DNA from: Thermoflexus hugenholtzii JAD2
GTDB taxonomy: Bacteria; Chloroflexota; UBA11872; UBA12225
Assembly: GCA_945865725.1 (NCBI GenBank)
Contig: CAMBEO010000002.1
Span: forward strand, 14,668-78,667
Direction of reading: 5' to 3'
Length of the DNA: 64,000 nucleotides
In this document: positions 18,190 through 27,926 of the stretch, piece after piece
Numbering within the stretch: position 1 is the stretch's first letter
Layout of the letters: the number at the start of each line of letters is the position of its first letter
The notes under the pieces: model-generated
Seen by the model: the letters and a program-made list of their open reading frames with translations, nothing else
Told to the model about the DNA's origin: nothing
Database searches by the model: none
Made by a program: the position numbers and the translations under genes

Positions 18190-19359
18190 ATGATGCTTCC
18201 CGGGCGCGCTACCCCGTCGCGCATCGTCGTGAAGATCGGAACCCACGTCCTGACCGGCGGGTCCACGTTCCTCGACGAGGCACGAATGGGGGACATCGCC
18301 CGGCAAGTCGTCGAAGTGCGGCGTCGCGGCATCGAGGTCATCCTCGTCTCGTCCGGCGCGATCACGGCCGGCCGGGCACGGATTGCCCTTGATCGCGCGC
18401 GTCGCGACAAGCCGGCCAAGCAGATGCTCGCGGCGGTCGGGCAACACCGGTTGATGGGGGTGTGGGACCGCCTGTTCGACGCGCACGGCGTGGTGGTCGC
18501 CCAGGCGCTGCTGACGAAGGGTGACCTCCGCGGCCGGTCAGGCTACCTCAACGCGCGGAACACGCTGCTCGGGCTCGTGGAATCGGGCGTCGTGCCGGTC
18601 GTGAACGAGAACGACGTCGTCGCGGTCGATGAGATCCACGTGGACGACGACAACGTCCTGTTCGGGGACAACGACAACTTGTCGGCGATGGTCGCGAACG
18701 TGACCGACGCGACGGTCCTGCTGAACTTGACGAACACCGGAGGCCTCTACACGGCGGACCCGCGGCACGACCCGGCGGCGCGCCTCGTGCCCCTCGTTTC
18801 GCGGATCACGAGGGCGATCGACGCACTGGCCGGAGGCGTCGGCACCGACCAGGGGACCGGAGGCATGCGCACGAAGATCGAGGCGGCGCGCGTCGCGACC
18901 GCGTCGGGTATCGAGATGGTGATCGCGCCGGGGAACGAACCCGACGTGATCATCCGAGTGATGGCTGGTGAGGCGATTGGCACGCGGTTCGTGGCATCGA
19001 CGGCGCACCGCGAGGATCGCCAGCGGTGGATTCTCTCGGCCCTGGTGCGGCGCGCGGCGGTGCATGTCGACGAGGGTGCCGCCCTGGCATTGCGTCGACG
19101 CGGGCGCAGCCTCCTCGCGGCCGGCGTCGTCCGGGTCGAAGGGCGCTTCGGCCGGGGGGACCCCTTGTCAGTCCACGACCCGGCGGGTGACCCGATCGCG
19201 TGTGGCCTGGCCAACTACGCATCGTCAGACCTCGAGCGCATCACGGGCCTGCAGTCGGGGGCAATCGTCGACGCTCTCGGGCATGCGTTCGGGGACGAGG
19301 TGATCCACCGGAACAACCTCGTCCTGGTCGATCGGCCCGACCGCGGGCCACCTGGCTGA
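18190..19359 (+). CDS. proB: glutamate 5-kinase
   Basis: Amino-acid kinase domain (IVVKIGTHVLTG, ILVSSGAI, VNENDVV, DNDNLSA) plus a C-terminal PUA domain. ATG 18190 is used; the ORF is open from 18100 only through repeat DNA. Confidence 0.93.
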   Translation: MMLPGRATPSRIVVKIGTHVLTGGSTFLDEARMGDIARQVVEVRRRGIEVILVSSGAITAGRARIALDRARRDKPAKQMLAAVGQHRLMGVWDRLFDAHGVVVAQALLTKGDLRGRSGYLNARNTLLGLVESGVVPVVNENDVVAVDEIHVDDDNVLFGDNDNLSAMVANVTDATVLLNLTNTGGLYTADPRHDPAARLVPLVSRITRAIDALAGGVGTDQGTGGMRTKIEAARVATASGIEMVIAPGNEPDVIIRVMAGEAIGTRFVASTAHREDRQRWILSALVRRAAVHVDEGAALALRRRGRSLLAAGVVRVEGRFGRGDPLSVHDPAGDPIACGLANYASSDLERITGLQSGAIVDALGHAFGDEVIHRNNLVLVDRPDRGPPG

Positions 19360-19622
19360 TCATCGCGAGCGGCTGCCGCCCGGGCAATCGACCCGCCGTT
19401 CCTAATCGGTAGCGGGACCCGGACTCGCCCCGTCGGCGTGGTACGGATCGCAGCGGTAGGATCGTCTGGAAGTCAATGGCGACGGGACAGGCGCGCATGT
19501 TGGACGGGGACGGACCCGACGGCGCGGCCCCGGCGAGGGGGCCCGTGACACGTCGCCTGCCGACGTCGCGGACGCGCGCCCCTGCACCTTCGGCCGCGCC
19601 CTCGTCATCCGCGTGGGGACGG

Positions 19623-19678
19623 CCCCCTCCATCGGCCGCAACAAGCACCCCCCAGACGCTTCGCGGGAGAGGGGAGCG
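19623..19678. repeat. palindromic repeat, module B2 variant
   Basis: CCCCCTCCATCGGCCGCAACAAGCACCCCCCAGACGCTTCGCGGGAGAGGGGAGC; closest to the intragenic copy at 45483-45540, sharing CCATCGGCCGCAACA-GCACCCCC. Confidence 0.8.
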
Positions 19679-19841
19679 GCGCGATCCCTCGCCCGGGCGG
19701 GACGCGGACGGGACGACGGCACGCTTTCTGGAGGATCGACCAGCGACGGTGGCGGCCGCTCCGCGCCAGTACCGTCGCGTCCGCCCGGTCGCACCTGACC
19801 GGTCGACCCCCGACGGTGCGAACGGCGCCCGAACCCGGGGC

Positions 19842-22001
19842 ATGGGGGTCCGAATCGCGATCGCGGGTCCGCTCGCCATCCTGTTCGTGGTCCTCGCTAC
19901 CGGGGCGTTCATGGATGCCCGCAATGCAGACCTGGCACTTCCGGGCGTCCACGTCGAAGGCAAGCCCGTCGATGGCATGAATGCGACGGCGATCTCGTCG
20001 CTGGTGAGGGCCCTCTCGTCCGACCTGGTGGCGTCGCCGGTGACGTTTACCCACGCGGGCCGTACGTGGCGACCGACCGGCGCCGAGGTCGGCCTGAAAG
20101 TGGATGGCGCGGCGATGGGCGAGGCGGCGCTGACGCTCGGGCGCCAATGGCCATGGCCGTTGCGGTGGCTCTCGGTCGTTGCGACGCCGGCGTGGCGCCC
20201 GGCGGTGCCGTTTCGCGCCAGCGTGGAACACGCGACCCTTTCGTCGTACCTCGAACGACTCGCCACGTCCGTCGATCGTGCGCCGGTGGAACCGTCGGTG
20301 TCGATCCGCACCGGGCAAGTGCAAGTGGTCCCGGGCGTCCCGGGGGAACGTGTCGACGTGGGCGCCACGTCGCGTGCGGTGCGAGTGCCGGGCGCCACCA
20401 GCGACCGGCAGGTCGTGCCTCTGGCGGTCGTGAATTCGCCTCCGCGAATCCCGGCCGAAAGCGCCGCCGAGGCGCAGCGGCATGCGCAGCGAATCCTCGC
20501 CGCGCCGCTTTCCGTGCGCGCGGGTGACAAGTCGTGGGTGCTGTCGCTCGCACAGCTCGAACAGATGCTCGAGTTCCGGCGCGAGGTCGGTAGCGGGGGT
20601 GATCGCCTGGTCGCCAGCCTTTCGGAGACGGCGCTCGCGGCGTTCGTGCGGACGATCGCACAGCAAGTCGATCGAGCGCCCCAGGACGGGCAGATCCGGT
20701 GGGACGGCAAGGCGATCGTCTTCGTGAAGGACGGCTTGGACGGCCAGCAGCTCGACCAGGCCGCGGCCGTTCGCACCCTGGTCGATGGGGCTTCGTCCGA
20801 CTCCCGTGACGTCGTGCTGCCCGTAAAGGTGGCGCCGACAACCGTGTCGAGTGCCCGCCTGGCGGCACGGGGGATCCGGGAACTCATCGGGACGGGCACG
20901 TCGAAGTTCGCAGGGTCGCCGCCCGAGCGAGCGAACAACGTCAAGGTGGCGGCGAGCAAGTTGCACCACCAGGTGATCGCGCCGGGCTCGATCTTCTCGT
21001 TCCTCGAAGCGCTCGGCCCGATCACCGCGGAGACCGGGTACCTCGAGGGACTGACCATCCAGGGGGACGCCACGGTTCCCGGGATCGGCGGGGGCGTGTG
21101 CCAGGTCTCGACGACGCTGTTCCGCGCGGCGTTCTACGCGGGCCTCCCGATCGTGGAGCGCCACCAGCACGTGTACCGGGTCTCGTACTACGAACAGGAC
21201 GGGAGCCCGCCCGGGTTCGACGCCGCGGTGTACGACCCGGGAGTCGACTTCCGGTTCCGGAACGACACCGGGTCACCGCTGCTGATCGACGTGAGCGTGG
21301 ACCAGGCGACATCCACGGTGGCATTCCGGCTCTTCGGCGAGACGACGGGACGCGACGTAAAGCTCGGTGCGGCGCGCGCGAACGAGAAGCCGTCGCCGGC
21401 GATGGGTCAGGACGTTGCAGACCCCAAGCTCGACTTCGGCCTTCGGAAGCAGGTCGAATGGAAGGCGACCGGGGTCGATGCGACGATCCGCCGGACGATC
21501 GCGGTCGCCGGAAAGCCCGGGACGACCGACACGTTCGCCAGCCGGTACGTGCCGTGGCAGGAGAAGTGGTCGATCGGCACGGGGCCTGTGACGCTGAAGA
21601 CGCCCCCGACGGTGAAGGCGGCGATTGCCGAAGGCGCGGTGTCGCCTGGCACGCCGGGCGCTATCGTCGCGTTGCGGGCGCTGCTCTCACCGCCGCTTCC
21701 TGTCGAAGGCGCGGATTCATCTCCTCAAGGCCCGGGTGATCGAACTGACCCTGCCGCCGTGGCCGGCGCCCAGGCACCTGGCTCCCGTGCCCCCGCCCCG
21801 CCCGGCCTCGGCGCGCCGGCACCGGCGGCCGTCGCCGTCCCTGCTGGACAGGTCCCCGCTGCCCCTGCATCGGTTTCTAGGGCGGCGACCGCCCCCGCGG
21901 TGACCGCCCCGGCCGCGACGTCGGCCACGACAGCACCGACGCCGGTGATCGCGCCGCCCACGCCGGCGATCATGCCGACCCCGCCAGCGGCGCGCGCGTA
22001 G
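19842..22001 (+). CDS. VanW-domain protein (YoaR-like) with N-terminal TM helix and Ala/Pro-rich tail
   Basis: VanW core GIGGGVCQVSTTLFRAAFYAGLPIVERHQHVYRVSYY and DAAVYDPGVDFRFRNDTGSPLLI, with TM helix IAIAGPLAILFVVLATGAF just after ATG 19842. The ORF is open from 19476, but that upstream part has lower third-codon G/C and contains a repeat, so the start is uncertain. Confidence 0.8.
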   Translation: MGVRIAIAGPLAILFVVLATGAFMDARNADLALPGVHVEGKPVDGMNATAISSLVRALSSDLVASPVTFTHAGRTWRPTGAEVGLKVDGAAMGEAALTLGRQWPWPLRWLSVVATPAWRPAVPFRASVEHATLSSYLERLATSVDRAPVEPSVSIRTGQVQVVPGVPGERVDVGATSRAVRVPGATSDRQVVPLAVVNSPPRIPAESAAEAQRHAQRILAAPLSVRAGDKSWVLSLAQLEQMLEFRREVGSGGDRLVASLSETALAAFVRTIAQQVDRAPQDGQIRWDGKAIVFVKDGLDGQQLDQAAAVRTLVDGASSDSRDVVLPVKVAPTTVSSARLAARGIRELIGTGTSKFAGSPPERANNVKVAASKLHHQVIAPGSIFSFLEALGPITAETGYLEGLTIQGDATVPGIGGGVCQVSTTLFRAAFYAGLPIVERHQHVYRVSYYEQDGSPPGFDAAVYDPGVDFRFRNDTGSPLLIDVSVDQATSTVAFRLFGETTGRDVKLGAARANEKPSPAMGQDVADPKLDFGLRKQVEWKATGVDATIRRTIAVAGKPGTTDTFASRYVPWQEKWSIGTGPVTLKTPPTVKAAIAEGAVSPGTPGAIVALRALLSPPLPVEGADSSPQGPGDRTDPAAVAGAQAPGSRAPAPPGLGAPAPAAVAVPAGQVPAAPASVSRAATAPAVTAPAATSATTAPTPVIAPPTPAIMPTPPAARA

Positions 22002-22060
22002 CGCCAGCTTCCTACCGGCGCTCCCGGTGCGACCAGCCTGCGGTCGGAGCGACACCAGGG

Positions 22061-22178
22061 CGGCGGAGCGGGCTGGAAGCCCGCGCACCCAGTTCGCCCG
22101 CCCGGTGGTCAGGTCGGCAGAGCGGGCGGGACGCCCGCGGTCCCGGGGCGGAGGAGCCGGCGGGACGCCCGCGCACCC
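22061..22178. repeat. three tandem imperfect hairpin units (GCGGGC-N5-GCCCGC type)
   Basis: Units at 22061-22090, 22113-22144 and 22148-22178. Hairpins are GCGGGC-TGGAA-GCCCGC (22068-22084), GCGGGC-GGGAC-GCCCGC (22122-22138) and GCGGG-ACG-CCCGC (22160-22172), each followed by GCACCC or GGTCCC. They lie between convergent genes. Confidence 0.75.
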
Positions 22179-22202
22179 GGTACGCGCGCAGGATGCAGCG
22201 CG

Positions 22203-22520
22203 TCAGGCGCGCGCCGTTGGCCGGATCGTCGTCAGCGTGATGGTCGCGGGCGCAGTCTCGGGAGCCGGCACGATCGAAGAGCGATCACGGAGCGAGGCCA
22301 CCGTGGCGCGAAGGCGGCTGCGCACCGACACGCCATCGACCGGTGCCGTCAAGAGCGCAGCAACGGCGCCGACTGCCCCGCCGATCGTGATCCCCAGCAC
22401 GAACGAGAAGGCGTCAGTGATGCGCCCCCGCTCGCGGTAGACGCCGAGGCGTTCCCCCGCAAGCCTGACAGCGGAGGCGGCTTCGGCCCATTCGGCAATC
22501 TGGCGGGACGTCGTTGCCAT
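22203..22520 (-). CDS. YtxH-like small membrane-associated protein
   Basis: 105 aa from ATG 22520 (GGAG upstream). GITIGGAVGAVAALLTAPVDGVSVRSRL resembles the YtxH motif. The ORF is open further upstream without support. Confidence 0.55.
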   Translation of the reverse strand: MATTSRQIAEWAEAASAVRLAGERLGVYRERGRITDAFSFVLGITIGGAVGAVAALLTAPVDGVSVRSRLRATVASLRDRSSIVPAPETAPATITLTTIRPTARA

Positions 22521-22573
22521 GGTGGGCTCCTGTATCAAGTGACCGGTGCGAGTCGGATCTGCGCAGCGCGTGA

Positions 22574-22930
22574 TTATGTCCAACGACCGCGACGGAAGAG
22601 GCGCTCCGGCATCGCGGGTGCGAGGGCCTTGAGCGATGCGACGGCACCGAGGACGACCCACGTGCCGACGATCGCCTCGACGGGATGGACGTCACCGATG
22701 ACGGGAAGCGGCCAGTTCACGAGGTACCCCACGAGGTTCCCCGCGGCGAACCCACCGACCGCGAAGGGAGCGTCCGACCACCAGCGGTGCGGAGGTGACC
22801 CGAGGGCCCCGTGAAAGGCGAGGAGGCCGATGACGATTCCGGCCCCGGCAACGATCCACGCGGGTGAGACCGTGTCTGCGAGGAGGGACTGGAGCGCATC
22901 GCTGATCGTCCCAACCCACTCCTCACCCAC
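22574..22930 (-). CDS. small hypothetical membrane protein (about 3 TM helices)
   Basis: 118-aa hydrophobic ORF (IVAGAGIVIGLLAF, FAVGGFAAGNLVGYLV, IVGTWVVLGAVASL), co-oriented with its flanking genes. Confidence 0.5.
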   Translation of the reverse strand: MGEEWVGTISDALQSLLADTVSPAWIVAGAGIVIGLLAFHGALGSPPHRWWSDAPFAVGGFAAGNLVGYLVNWPLPVIGDVHPVEAIVGTWVVLGAVASLKALAPAMPERLFRRGRWT

Positions 22931-22980
22931 GCTCGGCCGCCCCTCTCGTGCCCGGGTCGCCCGCCCAGACCGTCACTAGC

Positions 22981-23640
22981 CTAAACGCCGGGAACCTGTG
23001 CCCAGACGCCGCTCGCGATGGAGCCTGCCACGGTCCCGGCAACCCACGCGGCGAGGGCGAGGCGGACTGGTCCCCGCAACCATGCGCGCCGGGCGGCTGC
23101 GGCGACGGCGACGGCCAACGGCATGAGGCCGACCATCGGGAGCACGACCGCGCCAAGCATGACGGTTGCGGGCGGGAGGTCCCACACCGTGCGCCCACCC
23201 ACGAGAAGGAGGAGGGCGCCCACGTCGATCCCGACTGCGGCGCCTCCACCGGCACCGATTACCAAGGCGATGATCCAGGCCTCGGGAGGGGTCAGGTCGC
23301 CGTCACCGGTACCGGGTCGTCCGATCCCGAGGACATGCGCGGCGGTCGCGACGAAGTGCAATGCGAGGGCACTGCCGCCGATGGCCGCGACAAGGCCAAG
23401 CGCGATGACGGGCATGAAACGGGAGTCGGGCCACGCGACCAAGGCCGCGGAGGCGCCGCCGGCCGCGCAGGCGATGGCGAGGACGAAGCCACCGGCGGCG
23501 GCGGCGAGTTCGAGCCGCTGGTCGATTGCGGCCTCGCGGCGACGCTGCGCGGACGACGGCCGGCGGCCGGCCAAGGCGGCCGGTGCGCCGGGCAGGTCGC
23601 TGTCGCGCCCCCCGTAGGCAGGGCCGCCAAGGTCGTCCAT
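22981..23640 (-). CDS. hypothetical Gly/Ala-rich polytopic membrane protein
   Basis: 219-aa ORF with several hydrophobic segments. Its ATG overlaps the cysteine desulfurase stop (TGATG), suggesting translational coupling. Confidence 0.55.
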   Translation of the reverse strand: MDDLGGPAYGGRDSDLPGAPAALAGRRPSSAQRRREAAIDQRLELAAAAGGFVLAIACAAGGASAALVAWPDSRFMPVIALGLVAAIGGSALALHFVATAAHVLGIGRPGTGDGDLTPPEAWIIALVIGAGGGAAVGIDVGALLLLVGGRTVWDLPPATVMLGAVVLPMVGLMPLAVAVAAAARRAWLRGPVRLALAAWVAGTVAGSIASGVWAQVPGV

Positions 23641-24902
23641 CAGGCTCGCGCGGTTGACGCTTGACCCGGTGCCTCGTTACCGCCTATCCCTCCGGCCCCC
23701 TTCCCGACGCGGGACTGGGGAGCCAAGGCGTCGCGGGGCGTTCCGTCGGCGCCGCGCGGCGAGAGGGCACGCAGTCGGGCAATCGCCGGGGGAAGGACAC
23801 GAACGACGGCCTCGACATCGTCGTGGTCGTTCGCCCGGCCGAACGTCAGGCGCAACGTGCCTCGGACCCAGTCGTCGGGCAGGCCGAGAGCGGCGACGAC
23901 GTGGGAGGGTTCGGTCGATCCGGATGTGCATGCGGAGCCGCTCGAAGCCGCGATGCCCGCCATGTCCAGGCTGAGCAGGATGCTCTCGCCTTCCACGCCA
24001 CGGAAGGCGAAACTGGCGTTGTTCGGGAGCCGCTCCCGAGGGTGTCCGGTCACTTGCGCCCCAGGGATGGCGTTCAGGAGGCGCGCGACGGTCGCGTCGC
24101 GCAGGGTCGCGACGTGCGCGTTCGTCGCGTCGCGGCGCGAGTCGGCAAGGCGCAGCGCGGCCGCCATGCCGACGATGCCGGGAACGTTCTCGGTCCCCGC
24201 GCGCCGGTTGCGCTCCTGGGACCCGCCGGATTGCATCGGTCTCCAAGGGATGGCGTCGCGGATGACGAGCGCGCCGATGCCCTTCGGCCCGTGGAACTTG
24301 TGGGCGGAGATGGAGATCAGGTCGATGCCCAGGCGCCGCATGTCGATCGGCAGGGTGCCGGCCGCTTGCACGGCATCGACGTGGAACGGCACCCCGGCCT
24401 CCCGCGTGACGGCCGCGATGTCGGCGACAGGTTGGATGGTGCCGACCTCGTTGTTGGCGAGCATCACCGAGACGAGGATGGTGTCGGGCCGGATGGCGCG
24501 CCGGACGTCGTCCGGGTCGACCAATCCGCAGGAATCGACCGGGAGGTAGGTGGTCTCGAACCCGAGTGGTTCAAGCCAGGCGCACGCGTGAAGGACGGCA
24601 TGGTGTTCGATCGCGGTCGTGACGAGGTGCCGGCCACGGTGCATCGAAGCAAGGGCCACGCCCTTGATGGCGGCGTTGTCGCTCTCGGTCCCTCCGGACG
24701 TGAAGACGACTTCGCTGGCGCTGGCTCCGAGGATCGCCGCGATGGCATCACGGGACGCATCGACGGCATTTCGCGCGGCGCGCCCCGTCTCGTGGATGCT
24801 CGAGGGGTTGCCCGCGACGTCATACCAAAACGGCGCCATCGCCGCGACGACATCCGGGTGGATGGGGGTGGTTGCGGCGTGGTCGAGGTAGACGGTCCGC
24901 AT
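23640..24902 (-). CDS. cysteine desulfurase (NifS/IscS class)
   Basis: YLDHAATTP, FTSGGTESDN, PLP-lysine region SISAHKFHGPKGIGAL and the active-site loop SSGSACTSG. Confidence 0.92.
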   Translation of the reverse strand: MRTVYLDHAATTPIHPDVVAAMAPFWYDVAGNPSSIHETGRAARNAVDASRDAIAAILGASASEVVFTSGGTESDNAAIKGVALASMHRGRHLVTTAIEHHAVLHACAWLEPLGFETTYLPVDSCGLVDPDDVRRAIRPDTILVSVMLANNEVGTIQPVADIAAVTREAGVPFHVDAVQAAGTLPIDMRRLGIDLISISAHKFHGPKGIGALVIRDAIPWRPMQSGGSQERNRRAGTENVPGIVGMAAALRLADSRRDATNAHVATLRDATVARLLNAIPGAQVTGHPRERLPNNASFAFRGVEGESILLSLDMAGIAASSGSACTSGSTEPSHVVAALGLPDDWVRGTLRLTFGRANDHDDVEAVVRVLPPAIARLRALSPRGADGTPRDALAPQSRVGKGAGGIGGNEAPGQASTARA

Positions 24903-25081
24903 GTCCGTGCCTGTCGGACGTGGTCTGGGAGCCGGTCGAGTGTAGCAGCGGGTGGCGCCTGCCCGGCCCTTGTGAGAGAATGCACAAGCCGTGCCGTGCG
25001 GGGTTTCCCGTCCGGCGCGACCCGGCGAGGATCGCGGGCCGTGTACCAGGCGGGGGGCACGTTCGCGAGGAGGCAGGCGGG

Positions 25082-25462
25082 ATGGCGTTCGACTTCGTGC
25101 CGATCCTGATCCAGGCGCTCGTGGCGATCATAATTGCCGTGGGCGTCATCGTGATCGCGCACCTCATCGGCTCCCGCAACCCGACCCCGGCCAAGCTGGC
25201 CCCATACGAGTGCGGCATGTCGCCGGTTGGGCAGGCATGGCGGCGCTTCCCGATCAAGTTCTTCCTCACCGCGATGCTGTTCGTCCTGTTCGACATCGAG
25301 GTGATCTTCTTCGTGCCGTGGGCGGCCGTCCTGCGCCACCTGCGCGCGGGTGGCTCGGAATACGTGCTGTTCGCGCTCGGCGAGATGGCGGTATTTGTCG
25401 GCTTCCTGGCGCTCGGCTACGTCTACATCTTGAAGAAGCGGGCACTGGAGTGGGAGGCATGA
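25082..25462 (+). CDS. nuoA: NADH-quinone oxidoreductase subunit A
   Basis: [10 protein letters not shown] and [21 protein letters not shown]; ATG 25082 follows GAGGAGG. Confidence 0.93.
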   Translation: MAFDFVPILIQALVAIIIAVGVIVIAHLIGSRNPTPAKLAPYECGMSPVGQAWRRFPIKFFLTAMLFVLFDIEVIFFVPWAAVLRHLRAGGSEYVLFALGEMAVFVGFLALGYVYILKKRALEWEA

Positions 25463-26049
25463 GCGTGGTCCCGTTCACCAGGTGGATGCGCCCGTCGCCT
25501 TCGCCCGAGCAGCCGGACGCGGTTCGTCCCCAGCCCCTCCCGGCGGGGGAGTTCAGCGGCGAGTCCGGCGTGTCGCTGACCACCGTCGACCGCGCGGTCG
25601 GATGGGCCCGGGCGCAGTCGATCTGGCCGATGCTCTTCGGCCTCGCGTGCTGCGCGATCGAGATGATGGCGATGAGCGCGTCGAAGTACGACGTGTCGCG
25701 CTTCGGTGCAGAGGTCTTCCGGTCATCACCGCGCCAGTCAGACTTGATGATCGTCGCCGGGCGCCTGTCGAAGAAGATGGCCCCGGTGCTGCGCCGGTTG
25801 TACGACCAGATGCCCGAGCCGAAGTGGGTGCTCTCGATGGGCGCCTGCGCCTCGTGCAGCGGCGTCTACAACAACTACGCCCTCGTGCAGGGCGTGGATC
25901 GCGTGGTGCCGGTCGACGTTTACGTGCCCGGCTGCCCGCCCCGGCCCGAGGCGGTGATCGACGGGCTGATCAAGCTGCAAGCGAAGATCGAGCATGACCG
26001 GCAGTTCGCCAGCCCGGCAGGACGCGCGCCGGCCACGACCAGCGTCTAG
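25459..26049 (+). CDS. nuoB: NADH-quinone oxidoreductase subunit B
   Basis: [24 protein letters not shown] and VPGCPPRPE (N2 cluster ligands). The ATG overlaps the nuoA stop (ATGA). Confidence 0.95.
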   Translation: MSVVPFTRWMRPSPSPEQPDAVRPQPLPAGEFSGESGVSLTTVDRAVGWARAQSIWPMLFGLACCAIEMMAMSASKYDVSRFGAEVFRSSPRQSDLMIVAGRLSKKMAPVLRRLYDQMPEPKWVLSMGACASCSGVYNNYALVQGVDRVVPVDVYVPGCPPRPEAVIDGLIKLQAKIEHDRQFASPAGRAPATTSV

Positions 26050-26074
26050 CGCGACGACCCCGGGACGACAAGAG

Positions 26075-26611
26075 ATGGCGCAAGCACCCGCCCAGATGAC
26101 TGGGGAAGTCGAGCCGCCGGCGCCGCCGCCGCCGACGGATGTCGAGCTGGCGATCGAGCGCTACCCGGGCGCGACCGTGCCCCAGTGGCGGCATGCCGAC
26201 GGCATCCCGACATTCCGCGTGGCACCGGGCCAGGTGCGGGACACCATCGCGTGGCTGCGCCACCGGCCGGATGGCGGGCGGCGCTACGACATGCTCGTCG
26301 ACATCTCCGGGAGCCATTGGCCGGAGCGACCCGAGCCGTTCGAGGTGAGCTACCTCCTCCATGCCCTGGAGGACGACCACCGCATCCGTGTCAAGGTGAC
26401 TACCGGTGGCGAGATGCCGGTGATCCCGTCCGTGGTGCCGGTCTGGGCAGTGGCGAACTGGCCGGAGCGCGAGGTGTACGACATGTTCGGCGTGACGTTC
26501 ACCGACCATCCGGACTTGCGGAGGATCATCACGCCGAACGACTGGGAAGGGCACCCCCTCCGGAAGGACTTCCCGCTTGGCGAGGAGCCGGTGGAGTTCC
26601 AGCGCCCATGA
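26075..26611 (+). CDS. nuoC: NADH-quinone oxidoreductase subunit C
   Basis: WPEREVYDMFGVTFTDHPDLRRI and WEGHPLRKDFPL. Confidence 0.93.
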   Translation: MAQAPAQMTGEVEPPAPPPPTDVELAIERYPGATVPQWRHADGIPTFRVAPGQVRDTIAWLRHRPDGGRRYDMLVDISGSHWPERPEPFEVSYLLHALEDDHRIRVKVTTGGEMPVIPSVVPVWAVANWPEREVYDMFGVTFTDHPDLRRIITPNDWEGHPLRKDFPLGEEPVEFQRP

Positions 26612-26625
26612 CCAGGCGACGTCAG

Positions 26626-26672
26626 CCCGCCTCTCCCGCCGGCGTGGGAGTTTTCAGCAGGGGGTGGGGGCC
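26626..26672. repeat. degenerate palindromic repeat (module A-like, reverse) in the nuoC-nuoD gap
   Basis: CCCGCCTCTCCCGCCGGCGTGGGAG...GGGGTGGGGGCC aligns loosely to the reverse complement of module A (CCCTCTCCCGCCGCAGCGGGGGAGGG...GGGTGGGGG). Confidence 0.4.
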
Positions 26673-26717
26673 TTCCGTCGCCCCCGCTGCGCTTTCCTTG
26701 CACCGGAGTCCCGCGCC

Positions 26718-27926
26718 ATGGTGATGCTCGAGGAGGAACGCACCGAGACGGGGCGCATGGTCCTGAACATGGGGCCACAGCACCCGTCGACGCACGGCGT
26801 CCTGCGCCTGATCTTGGAGCTGGACGGCGAGAACGTCCTCGATTGCGCGCCGGACATCGGGTACCTGCACACCGGCATCGAGAAGATGGCCGAGGCCCGG
26901 AACTACCACCAGGCGCTCGTGCTGACCGACCGCATCGACTACCTCGCGCCGGTGACGAACAACCTGTCGTACATCCTGGCCTGCGAGAAGCTCTTCGGCG
27001 TCGAGGGCGCCGTGCCCGAGCGGGCGCAGGTCACGCGGGTGGTGATGTCGGAGCTGACGCGCATCGCGAGCCACCTCATCTGGCTCGGGACGCACGCGCT
27101 CGACCTCGGCGCGATGACGGTCTTCATGTACTGCTGGCGCGAGCGGGAGCAGATCCTCGAGATCATGGAATCCATCTCCGGAGTGCGCATGATGACGAGT
27201 TTCATGCGGCTTGGTGGCCTCCCGGCCGACCTTCCCGACGAGTTCGACGGCATGGTCGCGCGGTTCCTGGAAGACATGCCTCGCAAGCTCGACGAGTACG
27301 AGGTGCTGCTCACGCGCAACCCGATCTTCGTGGACCGGACGAAGGGCGTGGGGTTCGTGAGCCGCGACGCGGCGCTCGAGTTCGGGTTCTCCGGGTCGTG
27401 CCTGCGCGCGTCAGGCGTGAAGTTCGACGTGCGGGTGAACCTCCCGTATAGCGGTTACGAGACGTACCGGTTCGACGTGCCGTGGAGCCGCGAGGGCGAC
27501 GTCTACGCGCGGTACATGGTTCGCATGCGCGAGATGCGCGAATCGCTGGTCATCATCGCGCAGGGGGCGGCGCGCCTCCGGGCGTCGCGCGGGGCGCCGA
27601 TCCGGCTGGACGACCCGCGGATCACGTTCCCGAAGCGGGAGAAGATCCACTCGAGCATGGAGTCGTTGATCCACCACTTCAAGCTGGTCAGCGAGGGGCC
27701 GATCCCGCCGGCGGGCGAGGCGTACGCCGCCGTCGAGTCCCCGCGGGGCGAGCAAGCCACGTACATCATCAGCGACGGCACGAACATGCCCCACCGGGTG
27801 CGGTTCCGTGCGCCGTCGTTCTACAACCTCCAGGCGTTGCCGCAGATGATTGCGGGCGGGCTGGTCGCCGACGTCGTCGCGTGCATCGGCAGCATCGACA
27901 TCGTGCTCGGGGAGATCGATCGCTGA
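26718..27926 (+). CDS. nuoD: NADH-quinone oxidoreductase subunit D
   Basis: LNMGPQHPSTHGVLRL and GYLHTGIEK, ending with the conserved DIVLGEIDR. Confidence 0.96.
   Translation: MVMLEEERTETGRMVLNMGPQHPSTHGVLRLILELDGENVLDCAPDIGYLHTGIEKMAEARNYHQALVLTDRIDYLAPVTNNLSYILACEKLFGVEGAVPERAQVTRVVMSELTRIASHLIWLGTHALDLGAMTVFMYCWREREQILEIMESISGVRMMTSFMRLGGLPADLPDEFDGMVARFLEDMPRKLDEYEVLLTRNPIFVDRTKGVGFVSRDAALEFGFSGSCLRASGVKFDVRVNLPYSGYETYRFDVPWSREGDVYARYMVRMREMRESLVIIAQGAARLRASRGAPIRLDDPRITFPKREKIHSSMESLIHHFKLVSEGPIPPAGEAYAAVESPRGEQATYIISDGTNMPHRVRFRAPSFYNLQALPQMIAGGLVADVVACIGSIDIVLGEIDR

Noticed and set aside
19360-19841. c-di-AMP (ydaO-type) riboswitch upstream of the VanW cell-wall gene.
   Set aside because: Only isolated short resemblances (GCGGGACCCGG, CCCGAACCCGG) about 400 nt apart. 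There is no pseudo-symmetric architecture recognisable by eye, and the region is better explained by a repeat copy plus either low-complexity N-terminal coding or non-coding DNA.
22061-22178. The three hairpins called outright as rho-independent terminators.
   Set aside because: No U-tract follows them on either strand, so they are kept as a repeat feature with a terminator role only as a possibility.
24969-24988. Inverted repeat CTTGTG-N8-CACAAG upstream of nuoA as an operator for nuo / cysteine desulfurase divergent control.
   Set aside because: Only 6-bp arms, with no second copy and no known motif match; too weak to report as a feature.
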